Assembly (NCBI RefSeq): GCF_001194135.2
Contig: NC_068988.1
Location: 90,037,475-90,101,474, forward strand
Length of the DNA stretch: 64,000 bases
Reading direction: 5' to 3'
Source: Octopus bimaculoides
Lineage: Eukaryota
A program made the translations under genes and the position numbers. Positions 1-13,495 of the stretch are shown here, in pieces. Below the pieces are notes generated by a model, which saw nothing but the letters and a program-made list of their open reading frames with translations, was not told the DNA's origin and did not search any database. Within the stretch, counting starts at the first letter, position 1. Each line of letters begins with the position of its first letter.

Positions 1-178
1 CTGTTAGCCTGTTGTGCCAACAGGTAGCTTATGAAGTCTTCTGCCAGGATTGATAATCCCGTAAGGAACGTAATGCATATTGCAGATTTATATGTGCACT
101 GATGATAAAACAGTAAGCAAGTTTGCTGCTTCTAACCAAAGAATGCCACAGAAATGTAGGTTTAATATGAAAATTAAT

Positions 179-1830
179 TCACTTATGCATGAAATCTAGT
201 CGTCTTCGTTTAATTGCGAACTCGTATAATATCCTCCCATCCAGCTCCTTCTTGATGTTCAAGTCGTTCCAAATCCTTTTCCCGATGGAAATACGAGCCA
301 GTTAAGACAGCCGTTCTTGGACCATTGCGCTTCTCAGATATGAGTGGATTCTAGCCAACGTTGAGAAATTTCTCTCATTAACGACTGATATTAAGGGGAT
401 GGTCAGCACTAGCTTAATTAGTTTAATGGATTCCGGCATAGCGGAGGTTAACTCCAATTTATAACTTAATTCTAAAATGGAATTGACTGACTTGCATCTT
501 TTGAAATCACTGTGAATAAACATATATTTTAGCTTTCACAAAGCTCTAACAGTCAAAAATGCAGGGATACTTGTTTTCTTCATATTTTGCATGAGAAACG
601 AGTTAGCAAACTTTTCAATCTTATTAATCTCTTGTAATTCAAAACATGCATATTCTTGAATCACAGAAAATCTCTCTCGTACGGTCATTAGGATGTTATT
701 AATTACTTTAAAATAGGTAGTTTTGTAATTAATTTGTGCACCTTCATTATCTAGGAGGAAGATCGGACTCATCTACCTGTTCAATCACAGCAGCTGTATC
801 GTGCAGAAGGTTTTCATAATGTTCGTCCTTACGATAACCTTCAACACAATGAATGAAGTCATTTAGTTTACTCTGACCATGCTTTATTTCGAGTAGCTTA
901 CCTTGTAGGATATCAAAGACTTTTCCAGCCTGAGAAAGTATTCTATGAAAGTAATTGATGAAAAACATGAATGTGAAATCGTTCAACTTTGCCATTAGAT
1001 TGTCTGTTTGACAAAGTGCATCTTCATCCTTCTTTTCGCTAGAGCCTAGAATACGTGTCGTGGCATTTTCCAAGTTTTCATGCAATAGTTTTATGCATGA
1101 CACAGTCCTTGATCTCTAGCACCATCTTGTCTCGCACGTTGATGGAATACTGACGTTAAACTGCCTGAAAACGTTTTCCTGATGGGTGCTGGAGGATGTA
1201 AATTTACTAAATGCGCGTAAATACGGAATTTTTTTTTTTTATTTCACTCACCTTCTCGACACTTTTACTCAAGACTAAGTTAAGTTTATGCAAATAGCAG
1301 TGAATGAAGTGCGCGTGTTTAAATCCTTTATCCCTTAGTTTGCCCTGTACTCCGTTTAGCGTTTCTCCCATTACAGCTGCTCCGTCTTAAGTCTGGCTCA
1401 CTAATTTATCTGTAGCGTCACCGAAGGAGTTCAACCGAGTTGCGATCACATCAACTGGTCTTCTAGCACTTTTATCATCACTGTCTTCATAGAATCCAAG
1501 AAATCGTTCACATGTTTTTGTCTACATATACATATCTTATTGTGATTGACAGTTGGGCATGCATTGCACAGTTTGTAGTTTCATTGGCGTGTACAGACAT
1601 AAACAGATTTTCGTCAACTTCACTTCTAATTTCATCAGAGATGACATTTCCAACCGCTTGTATTTGGTCGTTTTGTATTGTATTTGAGACTCCTGAAAAC
1701 TGTTTCTACCCCTCTTTAATAGAAAGTCATGAAGCAAACACGCTGTCGATATCCGCAAATCACTGCAATAGTACATGGTAATTTCCTCGTAAAGGCAGCT
1801 CTTCCTTACACAGATATTACACTCCATTTG
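179..1830 (-). pseudogene. Degenerate hAT-superfamily (ZMYM1/Tip100-like) transposase
   Basis: Minus-strand translation gives ordered hAT motifs across stops and frameshifts: ELPLRG..NY, FSGVSNTIQNDQIQAV, FMSVHANETT..AQLSITIRYV, ERFLGFY, QT*DGAAVM..GVQ, HCYLHKLNLVL, TRW, and the C-terminal dimerisation domain LVLTIPLISVVNERNFSTLARIHSYLRSAMVQERLS. Ends ...RRLDFMHK* at 179. TIRs not identified. Confidence 0.9.
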
Positions 1831-1935
1831 TTACCTGCTTCAAATATTGTCTGTTTTCTTCAGTTGCTTTGTTATGCCGTTCTTTTTCCAGTTTAGTAGA
1901 CTCACTAATAGTTGTTACAATATCGCACAGTCCGA

Positions 1936-2120
1936 CGCCGGGCAAAATGCTTAGAGGTATTTCGTATGTCTTCATGTTCTGAGTTCAAATTCCGCCGAGG
2001 TTGACTTTGCGTTTTATCCTTTCGGGTCAATAAATTAAGTACCAGTTGCGTACTGGAGTCGATCTAATCGACTGGCACCCTCTCCAAAAATTTTGCGCTT
2101 TGTGCCTAGAGTTGATAAGG
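1936..2120 (+). mobile_element. tRNA-derived SINE, family A, with 16-bp target-site duplication
   Basis: B-box-like GAGTTCAAATTCC; body recurs at 9320, 13290, 15561 and 18805. Flanked by atatcgcacagtccga (1920-1935) and atatcgtacagttcga (2121-2136). Confidence 0.85.
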
Positions 2121-2194
2121 ATATCGTACAGTTCGAAAGTTTTCAAGCTTTTATAACTACTTAAATGATTCACTGATTCACTGTGTGTGTGTGT

Positions 2195-2235
<41 letters not shown>

Positions 2236-3890
2236 TGTGTGTATGTATGTATTAACCATAGGACCAAAGACTAAAAAGTTTCCTAGAGTAGTTAGATAAA
2301 TGTAACATTGTGTCTGCCAATGAATAAGCAAGAAACCTAATTGTGTAACCCGCCTGTCACGTTTGCATATGATAATTTCATGTACCTATTTAGATATGTA
2401 TATATATACATTCCGAGATGGATACATAGATAGCAAGGTAGACAGACGAAAAGACGAACAGACACATACACACAGACACAGACACACAAACACAGACACA
2501 CACACACGTACACAACACACACACATACACACACACACGTATATATATTAATATATATATATATGCATATGTTTCCATGTGCTTGCGTGTATTTATATGT
2601 ATGTGTTTTGTGTGTGTGTTTATAAATGTGTGTATATGTATATACGTATGTATATAAATAAATGTTAATAGATAGATAGATAGACCTACACGCACATATG
2701 CTGTGTGTAAATGGTATGTATAAGATGTATATGATAATTAGATTGCTATATAAAATATTGATACAGCGGTCCTTTCTAAATGCTATTGTATGTGACCTGT
2801 GAACCATATTTTATTAGGGAGATCGATAAGTAGAAATCATAACACTGATTGAATTAGGCAAAGAATATAATATATCCTGAAAGAAAGAATTCTCATCGTG
2901 TGTGGCTATATATGTGTTTGAAGAATTATAGCAGTTAGTATGAATATATATGAATATGTGTGTGTGTGCGTGTGTGCGTATGTGTGTATGTATGCGTAGG
3001 TGTAGCTTTAGGTGTGCATATGCTGTAATTTATAAACAGCTGGAATTCGAGAAACTTCGATATTTATGTAGATTCTTGTAAGATATTTACATATGTATGT
3101 AAATTGGAATAATAAACCTTTATATATCTATATGAATGCAAAGATGTACATATTTATAGATAATCATACCTACAAATACATATGCACACACACACATACA
3201 CACACCCACACAGACAAACACACACACACACACACATATGAACTCTGCATTTGTGCGTTATATGAATAGGGTATGTTGTTCTACGTATTTATTCCTGCAC
3301 TTAAGGACTGTTGTGTTTTTCTTGACATGTTAATTTGTATTATATGCGATCTTCAGAAATGGAAAATTGTATTATGGGTTCAAATGTGGAATTGTGTCAT
3401 TTCTAAGGGAGTAACATATTTGCATTTCCAGCATTTGAAGACCAAACTTAGAGCAATGTTTAACACATTACCCGCCATAGATTACCTTTGTTGGTTTACT
3501 TCCGATTCTAATATCCAAGGAAATGTATCATAGTATGAACTCGCTTCTCTGTATCCATAAATGTAAATACACAACCCTAATCTCACTCTCGCACGCGCGT
3601 GCGCTCATACACACAAATGCTCACACAAACACACATGCACACACCCACACACACACACACACACACATACATTATCTTTTTCTTCTTCTTTTTCATGTTA
3701 TTAATCTTTTTTAGCCATGTCTGTAGTTGAGTGCTCCAATTACTATTGGCATCACGTCTACTCAGTTCAATGATCACAACCTCCATGTTTTCCACTTTAT
3801 ATAACTGTAGTTGTTCAGTTTCCCTTCTTTCTCTTTGATACCGTTGTCAACGGGACCCGCTATGTCGATAACAGTGCATGTTCTTCCTTT

Positions 3891-3933
3891 TCTTCTTCTT
3901 CTTCTTCTTCTTCTTCTTCTTCTTCTTCTTCTT

Positions 3934-3964
<31 letters not shown>

Positions 3965-4006
3965 TTGTTGTTGTTGCTGTTGTTTTTGTTGTTGTTCTTG
4001 TTGTCG
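3891..4006. repeat. (TCT)n grading into (GTT)n microsatellite
   Basis: Directly visible; abuts the 3' end of the R4/Dong-type LINE. Confidence 0.95.
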
Positions 4007-4160
4007 TCTGCTCATATTTTATCCCGTGCTTTCAAAGCACTACCAAGCGCAGCACTGTCTGCATTGGGTGTGTGCTGTGGTTTGATGCGTTGCTCTCATA
4101 GTTACTGTATTGAATCTCTTTTTTTACGTTATATATATATGTTATATATATATATATATG

Positions 4161-4196
<36 letters not shown>

Positions 4197-5520
4197 AGTA
4201 TTGGTGTTTTTGTTATGTATTTGTCTGAATATTTTTTTATGATACCCGATGTGCCTTTTATGATAGGAATTATTACTGTTTTTAGACTCCACATTCGAGT
4301 TACCTCTATTTCCAGGTCTTTGTACTTTGAAAGTTTCTCCGTTTCATTAAGAGAAACTTTGTCATCTGTTGGTATTGATACATTAATTAGAAAGCATTTT
4401 TGTTCTTGATGATCTCTGACATCTATATCTGGCCTATTGATCTTAATTTCTCTATCTGTGTGTATTGGTATGTCCCACAGTATCGTTGTTTTTTTCATTT
4501 TCTATGACCTTTTTCTGGCTTGTGCTTATACTATCTTTTTTTCTGTTGTTATTCCATAGTGTTGGCATAGCTTCCAGTGTATATAGGTCCCAACTCTTTC
4601 ATGTCTGTGAATATATTCCTTCTTAGGCAGGACTGGACAGCCAGAGACAATATAATTTATTGTTTCTTGTCCATGTCCACATATTCTGCAGTTACATTTT
4701 TATGTTTCTTTTCATTATATGCTTTTGGTAATTTCTTGTGGGGAGGTTTTGGTTGGGTGCTGCAATTAAAATGCAATTAAAAATCCTTCAGTCTCTGCTT
4801 TGAGTCCTGAGCTTCCCAGCCTTTGTTGGGATTTTGCTTTGTCTATTTCTTTTGCATTTAGTTTAACGCAGTATTTGCCATGAAGGGACTTTTCTTGCCA
4901 TCGTTTTACCATGCACCGCTGCTGTTCCAGTTTTAGTTTAGATTTCAGTTGTTTTATAGCGTTTGTTGTTTCTTCTTTTTGTTCATAATTGTTAGGTAGT
5001 AGAACTTCTTGTTTGTATTTGTCAGCTTCCTTAAAGACTGAAAACATTTTTTTTTTTTGGTTTTGTTCGTGTTTTGTGGCTACTTGCATTAGTTTTCCTT
5101 GCTTCTGAAGTATGTATTTTTGTAGTCTTACGGTGTTTATTTTGTCATAGTTTTCTAGCTGTATAAGGCCTCTATCATCTTGTATACGTTGTATACATAA
5201 CCTTTCTTTGTCAGGTTGTGGGTGGTGCATCGTAAATCCTGTCATTATTTTCCTAGTTTCCCTGTCTATTTTGATTAGTTCATTTAGTGTCCAGTTAAAG
5301 ATATTTTAGCTGTAAGTTATATCTGGGACGACTAGAATGATGATACCTATTATTTTTTTCGCATTGAGTTCTGTTTTCAGTATTAATCTTAATCGTCTAT
5401 TTTTATAAATTGTCTCCGTTTGTGTGTGTAGTATCGTGTCTAGTTCATTGATTCCTAAGTATTTGTATGTCGGCACATTTTTCTAAGCCAAATTTCATGT
5501 TTATTTCTTTTAGTCCCACT
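4007..5520 (-). mobile_element. 5'-truncated R4/Dong-clade non-LTR retrotransposon (end of RT, zinc knuckle, restriction-like endonuclease), degenerate
   Basis: Minus strand reads KFGLEKCA, TYKYLGI, HHPQPDKERL..RGLIQLE, LHGKY, LKAETEGFLIA, CRICGHGQETINYIVSGC (CCHC with H->Y), ILWDIPIHTD..NRPDI..CFLINVSIP..EKLSKYKDL..MW. A 3' stem-loop gtgctttcaaagcac lies at 4026-4040. Confidence 0.88.
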
Positions 5521-6764
5521 AAAAGAAAACTGCTTCTAGTCAGTGAATAAGGTCTCTCAATACAAAAATGTAATAGCTACAACCATCATGCAAACTTGCA
5601 AACTGTTAAAAAAGGAGAATTTGAGTCACAACAAACGTGGCTGTCAACAACACACCTATTGTGTGAAATAGAATTCTTGCTTATACAAAAGAGGACCGTT
5701 CGTTGTTAATCGTACTTTCAATGAAGTACATACTAGACGTGTAATGTTTTGCTGAAAGCACTACATCATATAAGTATTTTTCATAAGAGAGTCGTAATTT
5801 TAAATGAGAAAAATTACGTACCTTTTACTTTCCCAAGCCATTCTGGTGTATTTGGAATAATTAGAAGTAGCACTTAAAGATGAATATTTAAGAATGAGAA
5901 AGGAGCGAAAGCAGAAGACGAGACAGTATGGAAGACGTAGCTTCCCAAAATATATATACTATTTGGGAAGAAGAGATATGAGTATGAACGTTAGCGACTT
6001 CGGGGATGACGTTGGCTCCCGGTTCACAAAAATTGCAAGGCACAATGTTAACAGACGTCAGTGAAGACGGAACTTTTGCTGATATGTGTATTCACTGGGT
6101 TAGTCTAGACATAGAAATGTTCGTGTTATCGTAAGATGACAACACAGACCGGAGCTGTGCTCTGTAGCTTAGGTTGAAAATGAAGACTTAATAGCAGTAA
6201 TCCTTAGCAGAAAGCCTACAACTAACCCTTTTGTAGTAAATCATTTGAGAGCTTTCTGCAACCAAAAAAGAAATCAACGACAACTACGACAAATCTTTCA
6301 TGCTGTCGTTCTAAGGTGACATCGTACTCTAAGAATGCAGCTGGTGCCAACACGACAGTGATCAAAGCAAATCACGTCGTCTTCATTTCTGGGAACCAAA
6401 ACCAACCCACCTAAATAATAACTGCCTCAACTACGTTAAATGTGTATGCTATATGTAAATAACTTCAGTGCATTTGAAATTCAGTTGATGGCGTTGTGTT
6501 GCCGAATTCCTTTCCTTAAAATGTCTCAGTAACAGATTTTTGTAGAGACTTCACATTCCTTGAATTACTAAAAAATAAAGTGCCAAAATTCGTATATTGT
6601 AGTCAACATTCTATCCTTGTACTTGTTTACCTCTGTACACTTTCTAATTTACATATCGTACTTTTAAGAATATTTCACTTGTTACACTGATACACATCGA
6701 TGGTATTTTGCATTTTTTTGTTTCATATATTAATAAAACACATCTCTTATCTTCTATTATCGTT

Positions 6765-6925
6765 AGACTGCGGCCATGCTGGGGCATCTCCCTGAAGATT
6801 TTTTTGTTACTTTTAAAGTCTGGTACTTATTCTGTAGCACCGTAAAATTACGGAGTACAGCCGTTATCAAGTTGCGGTAGGGTAAGGGTGGGGTGCAGAT
6901 ACTGACTGAAAGACAAATGCACACG
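6765..6925 (-). mobile_element. SINE family B, 3' part, degenerate
   Basis: actgcggccatgctgg...ggtacttattct motif shared with 52870-53200. Confidence 0.6.
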
Positions 6926-6970
6926 CGCTCGCACACCCACATACACACACATATATATGTATGTATATAC

Positions 6971-7009
<39 letters not shown>

Positions 7010-7140
7010 AGAATAAGGGCAGGAAATCGTCAATTAATAATAGAATTAATAATTAACAATTTTGCTAAGTAGTTCAGTATGAAAAAACCTTTATCGGTAA
7101 AACCATTTATCATCATAAATATACAGGGATTAGCATTGAG

Positions 7141-7185
7141 TTGCTTCTCCAACATACTGAAAATTTAGAAATAGCAGTCAAAGAA
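7141..7185 (+). repeat. Fragment of an unclassified dispersed repeat, also at 16481-16520
   Basis: ttgcttctccaacatactgaaaatttagaaatagcagtcaaa versus ttgcttcaccacataccgaaatttagaaatagcagttaaa. Confidence 0.55.
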
Positions 7186-7328
7186 CTACTGATTCTAAAC
7201 TACAAATTTTTCTCTAAACGGATGGCGATNNNNNNNNNNNNNNNNNNNNNNNNNNNNNNNNNNNNNNNNNNNNNNNNNNNNNNNNNNNNNNNNNNNNNNN
7301 NNNNNNNNNNNNNNNNNNNNNNNNNNNN

Positions 7329-7370
<42 letters not shown>

Positions 7371-7375
7371 CATAC

Positions 7376-7528
7376 ATACGACTGGTTCCTTTCAATTTCC
7401 GTCTGCCAAATCGATTCATATGTATCCGATCGGCGCGTGATTGTAATAGACGACAAGGTGCCATGCTGTGGGAGTAAACGCCAAAGCATGTGATTAGGGA
7501 ACAAGCTTCTTACCACACAGCCGCGCCT
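7376..7528 (-). mobile_element. SINE family B (tRNA head with CORE-like domain), degenerate
   Basis: Reverse strand aggcgcggctgtgtggtaagaagc...cccacagcatggcaccttg...gatttggcagacggaaattgaaag; homologous to 30965, 42862 and 53080. Confidence 0.7.
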
Positions 7529-9319
7529 TAACCTCCGTGTGTAATATTTTTATATGCTTAAATAATCACGGTCAAAATTTTATACTGAATAACATAAAAA
7601 ATATTATTTATTGCATTTCTTCGTGATGTAGGATGAGGCATTGTTATATATCGTTTAGTTCGATTTACAGTTAAGTTATCTCGGGTGCAATCTCACTGAA
7701 TAATACCTTGTGAAAGTGATTTCCACTATACACTTGGGGCAGGTCAATGCCTAGTAACGACATCTGAAAAAATGAAACTGTGGGGAAGCCCGTCATATGC
7801 ATATACGTGCGCGTGCGGTCTATGTGTGTGAAAGTATGTGTGCACGTGTCTTTGTGTTCCTCCACGAATACTTGAGAACCAGTATTGATGAACAGTAGCG
7901 GTTGGGCATAGAAATCGATAGAATAATTACCACACTTAAACCATTTAAGTACCGGGGCTGATTTGATCGAATACCCATTCAAAGCAGTTCCTCAGTTTGG
8001 CCTTATTCCAAAGACTCAAACTAGTAGATGATGAAGAAATGAACTACCATCTTTTCTATGCGCGCGCGCGCGTGTGTGTGTGTGTGCTGTAGCTGTCTAC
8101 TTCATTAGTCATACCGAATCTTCGTCTAATTCTCTTATCTTTGTATCTTTATCCACCATTTATATTATTATTACTGTTACCATTAGTACTACATAACTCA
8201 ATTAACACTTACTCATTCTCCAGTATTTATCTAATTAAAATCACGTTTGTCAACTAAAATAAAAGATGGATTACTCCTAAGCTAGAAATCGAGGGAAGAA
8301 CTACATGCTAAGCAAAAACTGGAAATCGTTTAAACCAATCAGATGTTGGCTTTGAACTTGAAAAGTTCCTTTCACAATTACGTAATGTCAGGTTCGACCA
8401 GCCAACCAGGAATCATGGGTAAGTATTTTCATAAATTTTTGGGGTCGACCAAAGATTTAAAAGCGAATTGCGGTCGACGGAAACTGTGTGAAGCTCCACT
8501 AACAGATGATTTGTCTTCGTTATCTGTAAACTTAATTCGTATCCCGATTTAACAACCAGAATTTAGGTCTGTGAATTCGGTATAAAGACAATACTCTGCT
8601 ATAAATCATACTGGTTACGAAAACCATGAGAATACCGAAACCATTGCCATTACTACTTTCATTAAAAATGTAAAACAAATTGGAAGTGAACAGGTACGGA
8701 AATTGTATTTAAGAGACAATGAGACAATGAGATATACGTTAATAATGATTGACATTTCGGTAGATATATTCTCGTTTGCTAACATTCATCTGTTCTTATA
8801 CATTACGGAAGATGTTGAAAATATGGCGAAGTATTAATTCACTTAGATAGATTACTTAAAGTTTCAGGTAGATTAGTAGCGTACAAATGTATATGTAATC
8901 CTTCTCAGTTATATATATATGTGTGTGTGCGTGTGGGGGGTATGTGGGGGGGGGTATGTTTTATGTGTGTGTGCGTGAGGACGTTACACACAAAATTAAT
9001 AAGCGTTAACATATGTACATTTGTTTTGCAAAATGTGTTCATACGTATACATACATATGGACTTGTAAATCCTTATTCATCTATCGATCTGTATACGCAC
9101 ACACGCACACATACACTCATATATATATATTTATGTGTGCACGTGTGTGTGTATTTCTATACATGCATACATACATACATACATGCATACATACATACAT
9201 ACATACATACATACATACATACATAAATGTGTGGATGTGGATGTTTATGTTCTTGCATATCAGAATACATATATGGAAATATTATATTTCTATTCCAGTA
9301 TTTCAATACATAGTTCTGT

Positions 9320-9494
9320 GGTTGCCGTTACATCCTGAGTTCAAACTCCGCCAAGGTTGACTTTGCCATTTATCCTTTCAAGGTTGATTAAATAAGTACC
9401 AGTTACGCACCGGCGTCGATGTAATCGGCTTAATCTCTTTGTCTGTCCTTGTTTCTCCCGTCTGTGTTTAGTCCCTGTGGAAAATAAAGAAATA
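9320..9494 (+). mobile_element. SINE family A variant with a tail ending ...aaataaagaaata
   Basis: gagttcaaactccgccaaggttgactttgcc...aataagtaccagttacgcacc; same tail as the tandem copies at 15561. Confidence 0.8.
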
Positions 9495-9621
9495 TATATA
9501 TACCCGCAGCCATTTATAAGAATAAAATAAGACCCATATACGCGCACACACACTCGCAGAGACTTAAACGCATTCAAACACACACATATACTTATATACA
9601 TTTATATATGCATCTAAGTGT

Positions 9622-9663
<42 letters not shown>

Positions 9664-10308
9664 NNNNNNNNNNNNNNNNNNNNNNNNNNNNNNNNNNNNN
9701 NNNNNNNNNNNNNNNNNNNNNNNNNNNNNNNNNNNNNNNNNNNNNNNNNNNNNNNNNNNNNNNNNNNNNNNNNNNNNNNNNNNNNNNNNNNNNNNNNNNN
9801 NNNNNNNNNNNNNNNNNNNNNNNNNNNNNNNNNNNNNNNNNNNNNNNNNNNNNNNNNNNNNNNNNNNNNNNNNNNNNNNNNNNNNNNNNNNNNNNNNNNN
9901 NNNNNNNNNNNNNNNNNNNNNNNNNNNNNNNNNNNNNNNNNNNNNNNNNNNNNNNNNNNNNNNNNNNNNNNNNNNNNNNNNNNNNNNNNNNNNNNNNNNN
10001 NNNNNNNNNNNNNNNNNNNNNNNNNNNNNNNNNNNNNNNNNNNNNNNNNNNNNNNNNNNNNNNNNNNNNNNNNNNNNNNNNNNNNNNNNNNNNNNNNNNN
10101 NNNNNNNNNNNNNNNNNNNNNNNNNNNNNNNNNNNNNNNNNNNNNNNNNNNNNNNNNNNNNNNNNNNNNNNNNNNNNNNNNNNNACTACAATTATTATTC
10201 TTTTTGACAACTGGGGAATGAGGATCGAAGTGGCTAAAACTGAGAAATTTGGAGAAAATTACCATTACAAGAACAAAACTACCACCACCACTACCAACAA
10301 CAACAACA

Positions 10309-10310
10309 TC

Positions 10311-10379
<69 letters not shown>
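10309..10379. repeat. (AAT)n microsatellite
   Basis: Directly visible. Confidence 0.95.
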
Positions 10380-10380
<1 letters not shown>

Positions 10381-12128
10381 TTTTATATTAACTTCGTTTC
10401 ATGATTTCCCCAGAGGTAAAGATCTAGTAATTAACAAAGCTCGTTTTAGTTGTCCGGACTACAGACTCCATGTTAGGAATTACATGTAAGATATGAAGTT
10501 ATATATCATATGTACGTGACAAAATGCCTTCTCATCACGCTCATTCTATCGAGGAGATCAACAGAGGCTGGCATCGAGGTCTCGCTGATTAAAGCTACTC
10601 TAAGTTTATTGATACAATGTCTGATGCCATAAAAATAGTTTACTTTGACATACAGGATCAATAAACTGTGCTTTCGGAACTCTAACGTTTTTGGTCATGA
10701 AAAGTGAAGGAAATATCTTGATGAAAAACTAAAGGAAAAATGTTCACTTTATGTGTTACACGGATATATAGATTAATGGAATGAGAATCCAACTTCTAAG
10801 ATATCGAGCAGCGATTTCAAATCAGTCTCACTATTTGATATTCGTTTCTGTGTAAGGTACTATTTTGCTTATTGTACATAGCCTCATTTTACATGAGAAA
10901 TTTACGAAATTTGCAATGAGCGTTTGATGATCCCATCATGAAAGCATCATCATTAGGAGCTCTAAACGAATCATATATTGAGAGATAATTTATTAAATGT
11001 GTGTCTTTAATATATGATATTTAAATACAATGTATTAAAGGAAACAAACAGTTTATTCCACAGTACCACTACATTCTACATCGCGTCAGTTCACTGGAAT
11101 TTTTCAGTGAAATATTGTTGATATACTGAAAATAATATTGGGTTTCACTGTAGGAATAAAGAGTCAAGGTACACTTGAGGAAACAAAGTCTCACAAAACA
11201 CTCTTTAATTGTATATCCCACAATGCGGTCTTGCAGGTGGACGGACACCACTACTGTATGGTCTAACCATTTATACTTTTCATTATACATGACATCGCAT
11301 AAACAAGTATACAGCTTATCGACCAGCTGCTGACCACACCACGATTGTTCATTTCTTTAAAGGTACTCTATTTATCACAGTGATGACAACAATTGAACCT
11401 GGTTTACTATAAGATTAATCATCAACTCTTTAAGCAGATGTAGCAACTTTTCAACATCATATCACAGTAGTGTCTCATGATCTTACGAACCTAACTTATT
11501 ATTCAGAAACTCATAGATGACATCTGCAAAATTTGTTACTGTATTTTTCATATGAATACATGAATGTGCCTGTCCTTGTGGCCAAAGTGTTCAGCTCATC
11601 ATCAAAGAACTGTGGTTTGTAGTCCTGGCAAATCGGTGTGACGAGTCCCTGAGGAAAACTCTTCATTTCCCTTTCGCGCAGTCTTCTACGTCAAAATGAG
11701 TAGCAGCAGAATTAATGCCACCTTCCCTCCTTCCGCCTGTTAAATCCGGGGTGTTTCTCCGCATAATGCTGACCGTGAACGTGCTGACGAGAGTGTGTTG
11801 GGGACTAAGGTAGTTAGCGAAAACATGCAACCAATCATAATCATCTACAAATGACTGTTGACTTTACTTCAACAAGACATCTTACTGAGCCAGTAGTGAC
11901 AGATTCAAACCAGTATATATTGAAATGAGAGGTGAAACATTTATTAACTTAGCATAGTGTGATTCTGCTCTGTAAACCAATGTATATTATTAGAACGTTG
12001 TTGACAGGATTCGAGCCAGTAGCTACTATTGGTCAGGCATCTACGAAGACAGCAGGCTATCATTATTAGATCAGGAAACAAAAGTCTAATAGAAATTAAT
12101 TATATAAAGCTGTGCTCTTTCTCATCAG

Positions 12129-12189
12129 CGTATAAGACAGTCCATCAATGTTGACATTAACTTGGCAAAAGGTTAGCTACGGCAGAAAG
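12129..12189 (+). CDS. Candidate exon (possible 5' UTR plus start, MLTLTWQKVSYGRK)
   Basis: Acceptor gtgctctttctcatcag and strong donor AAG|gtaagt. All three frames contain a stop, but an ATG after an in-frame TAA runs open to the donor in phase 0, compatible with the 14150 exon. Confidence 0.3.
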
Positions 12190-12649
12190 GTAAGTAGCTA
12201 CAATAAATAAATAATGTAAAAAATATACATAAAGATAAATGAAGAAAGGAAGGAAGAGTGAAAGGAAAAAAGAAAGAAGGAAAAAAGGAAAGAAAGAAGG
12301 AAAGAAAGAGGGTAAAAGAAGAGGAAAAGAGAAAGGAAATGGTAAGAGATATTGATTAGTGACTCTCTTTGTGACCCAGAAAATTTCACCGATATCTATA
12401 TTCTGCGAAGATGTGTTTGCGTCTACGTAAATATATATAGATGTATTTATCTATACGTATATATTTGTATGTGTATATACAGGGTTGTGACTATGTATGT
12501 ATGTATGTATATATGTATGTGTGTATATATGTATGTACGTATGTATGTATGTACGTATCTATGTATGCATGTATGTGTGTATGTATTTATGTTAATAATG
12601 CGTTATATAGTGGCGAAAATCAGCGAGAGTGTTTTCCAGTTAAGACTGT

Positions 12650-12815
12650 GTGGAGTACATCTCTGACTGATCTTCGTCTGTCGACGATAAGGCTCCAGTT
12701 TTTCAATCAACTGAATAATGTGCTCCTGAATTAACGTGTAAATGACTGAGTACTCCGCAGATACGTGTACGGAGAGCTTAATTATCAGACAGAATCAGCA
12801 TGACACAATGTGCAA
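12650..12815 (-). mobile_element. Degenerate 3' tail of SINE family D (or of its partner LINE)
   Basis: Reverse complement aligns by eye to 57420-57550 (gtacacgtgtctgtggagtgctcagccacttgcacgttaatttcacgagc). Confidence 0.6.
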
Positions 12816-13289
12816 TATGACTCCATGTTTTGTGTTACAGTTACAGTTTACTTGGTAGGCTTTTTCAAAACAAGTTCTCTTTACCCAATACCATTCGCAA
12901 AGTATTGGTCGACTGGATAATTAAAAAAAAGGTAATTTCTATAAAATGGTCTCCCTAATCCATTCCGGCTCCTCATATATGCAAAGTGCATTTCTTAACC
13001 ACATGACCACGCTGCACTTACTCTGTAAAGTATAAATCACGTATTAAGTAAGTTATTTTTAAGATGCGAATTTATGCCGAGACCTTATATGTCTTCTTTC
13101 CAAGGCTAGTCTATTCATGTTCATCCACACAATGAAATATGCTACCCAAGATATGGCTGCGTTCCAAGTGAAACAAGACTTAGTAAAAACATGTGTTTCT
13201 TTACACCACAACAAAGCACCCGGGATTTCACAATAAATTGGTTGCACACATCATTAAAAGCGCTAAGGCTGCGAGCTAATGGGATCGTT

Positions 13290-13495
13290 ACCACGCCAGA
13301 AAAAATATTTAGCTTTAGTTTCTGATTTCAAATGTTCAGCTTTACGTTCTGAGTTCAAACTACGCTGCTGTCGACTTCGGCTTTCATCTTTTATGAGATC
13401 TATGAACAAGTACCAGTTCAGCACTGGTATCGATATATTCGACGAGCCTTTTCCCTCAACATCCTAGGCCTTGTCCTCAGAGTAGAAACGGATAT
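13290..13495 (+). mobile_element. SINE family A, degenerate
   Basis: tttacgttctgagttcaaactacgc...gtcgacttcggctttcatc...aagtaccagttcagcactgg. Confidence 0.75.

Noticed and set aside
3273-3533. 86-aa + strand ORF with possible acceptors
   Set aside because: No convincing donor and no recognisable motif; this length is common by chance.
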